Positions 62,961 to 64,000 of a stretch of DNA of 64,000 nucleotides are shown piece after piece. Numbering within the stretch: position 1 is the first letter of the stretch; each line of letters opens with the position of its first letter. Under the pieces are notes generated by a model. The model was not told the origin of the DNA, did not search any database, and saw nothing but the letters and a program-made list of their open reading frames with translations. A program made the position numbers and the translations under genes. The stretch comes from Vicugna vicugna (Eukaryota), in assembly GCA_013265495.1 (NCBI GenBank), contig MU058669.1:1373880-1437879 (forward strand), in the 5' to 3' direction.

Positions 62961-63521
62961 CCAAATATGACCCTTTTCATTTCCACGTGACTACTATAGC
63001 CAAACATGGTATAATTGTAACTAAACTCAATATAAGGAAAACCTCTGGTGAAGTGTTTTTCTAGAAGGAAGTTGCATTAACATTAGTGACATTTCTCCAT
63101 GCTTGTCTGACCTTTTCTCTTTTCCTCTGGCTCATGACCATGCTCAGAATATAGCTTCAGCCATATAACATTTAAAATGGCATTGCATTTACCGTGTGAA
63201 ACATCTATAGATGCATCAGTTGACTTTGGAGAAATGTGGACAAAAGAATACAGGTTTATAAAAGGAAAAATCCAAATTATTTACCCAAAACAGCATGAAT
63301 ATTACATTTGGAGAAAAGAAGACATGTTTTACTTTGGGAAATAGGTCCTCTATGCATTTGGTATATTTCCACTCCACAGTGAACTTTGATGTCTTTTGTG
63401 TTTTGTAACTTCCCTCTTCCAGCGTCACAGGAGAAAGCTGTCTCTGTTGGCAGGAAGAAAGAAATTTAGTAATGAGCTGGAACCAGAGAATGGCGAACAC
63501 ACAAATGCATGTGCGCGCGCA

Positions 63522-63540
63522 CCCCCCCCCCCCCCCCCCC
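63522..63540. repeat. C19 homopolymer preceded by the palindrome GTGCGCGCGCAC
   Basis: Read directly. Confidence 0.95.
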
Positions 63541-64000
63541 GCATGCTTTTGTCTCCGAATAGCAGTAATTACTAGTTCTCGGCACCTCTTATTCTTTCTA
63601 CCCTGGGCTGTCAAACTTCTCACCTACCTTTAAAAAAAAATCAACAAAGCCTAATGTTCTTGCTTTTTCAATAAAAAGGCTCCAATTTAAAAGAGCAACC
63701 AAGGAACGTCCAAATACTTTGTCCCGAGTCACCTGGCTTTCAGCCTAAAGCTACATTTTTTTCCTCCTTGTCAGGAGAAAGTGTGAGGGCATGGCTTGAC
63801 TTTCACTACTTTATTAAAACTACTTACTGCTCTTTCCTGATTTTCTGAAGTCTGATTTCCACAGCCAAGCCCTGGCTGTGGTCTCCTTTCCGTGGTTTCT
63901 TGACTCCTCAGAGGGGAAAGTATACCCTGAGGTGAGCCGTGTCTTCTCTCTTCTGCTTCCTGTCTCAGGGAGGCACGACCTGGGATTTCTGAGCATCTTT

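Noticed and set aside
63216..63623. 135-aa ORF with poly-Gly
   Set aside because: Poly-Gly comes from the C19 run; no homology recognised
1..64000. CRISPR arrays, operons, prokaryotic defence systems, snRNA/snoRNA/miRNA/rRNA genes, CpG-island promoter
   Set aside because: The sequence is eutherian non-coding DNA. No regularly spaced repeats, long ORFs, recognisable structural-RNA sequences or CpG island were seen

Overview
Mammalian (eutherian) non-coding DNA, most likely from a camelid. The evidence is a tRNA-Ala(AGC)-derived vic-1-type SINE at 43919, several camelid-type L1 3' ends, and an artiodactyl Tigger2a-type MITE. No protein-coding gene, RNA gene or CRISPR array could be supported. 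The supplied ORFs are chance ORFs, microsatellite read-throughs or transposon relics (an L1 ORF2 C-terminus and a Charlie1 transposase). The window is a mosaic of old repeats (MIR, L2, MaLR/ERVL LTRs, Charlie1, MER5/58/82/91, HAL1, L1M) with younger lineage-specific insertions. Between them lie repeat-free islands that look like enhancers or conserved non-coding elements; the best candidate is about 48640-49270. L1 fragments are mostly on the minus strand, which suggests an intron of a large plus-strand gene. The most unusual structure is a composite retroelement at 42172-44692: a MaLR internal region bounded by a MaLR LTR on one side and an ERVL MLT2 LTR on the other, with a nested SINE. I found no credible new biological system. 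Repeat names come from recalled consensus sequences, not a database search, and boundaries of old repeats are approximate (tens of bp).
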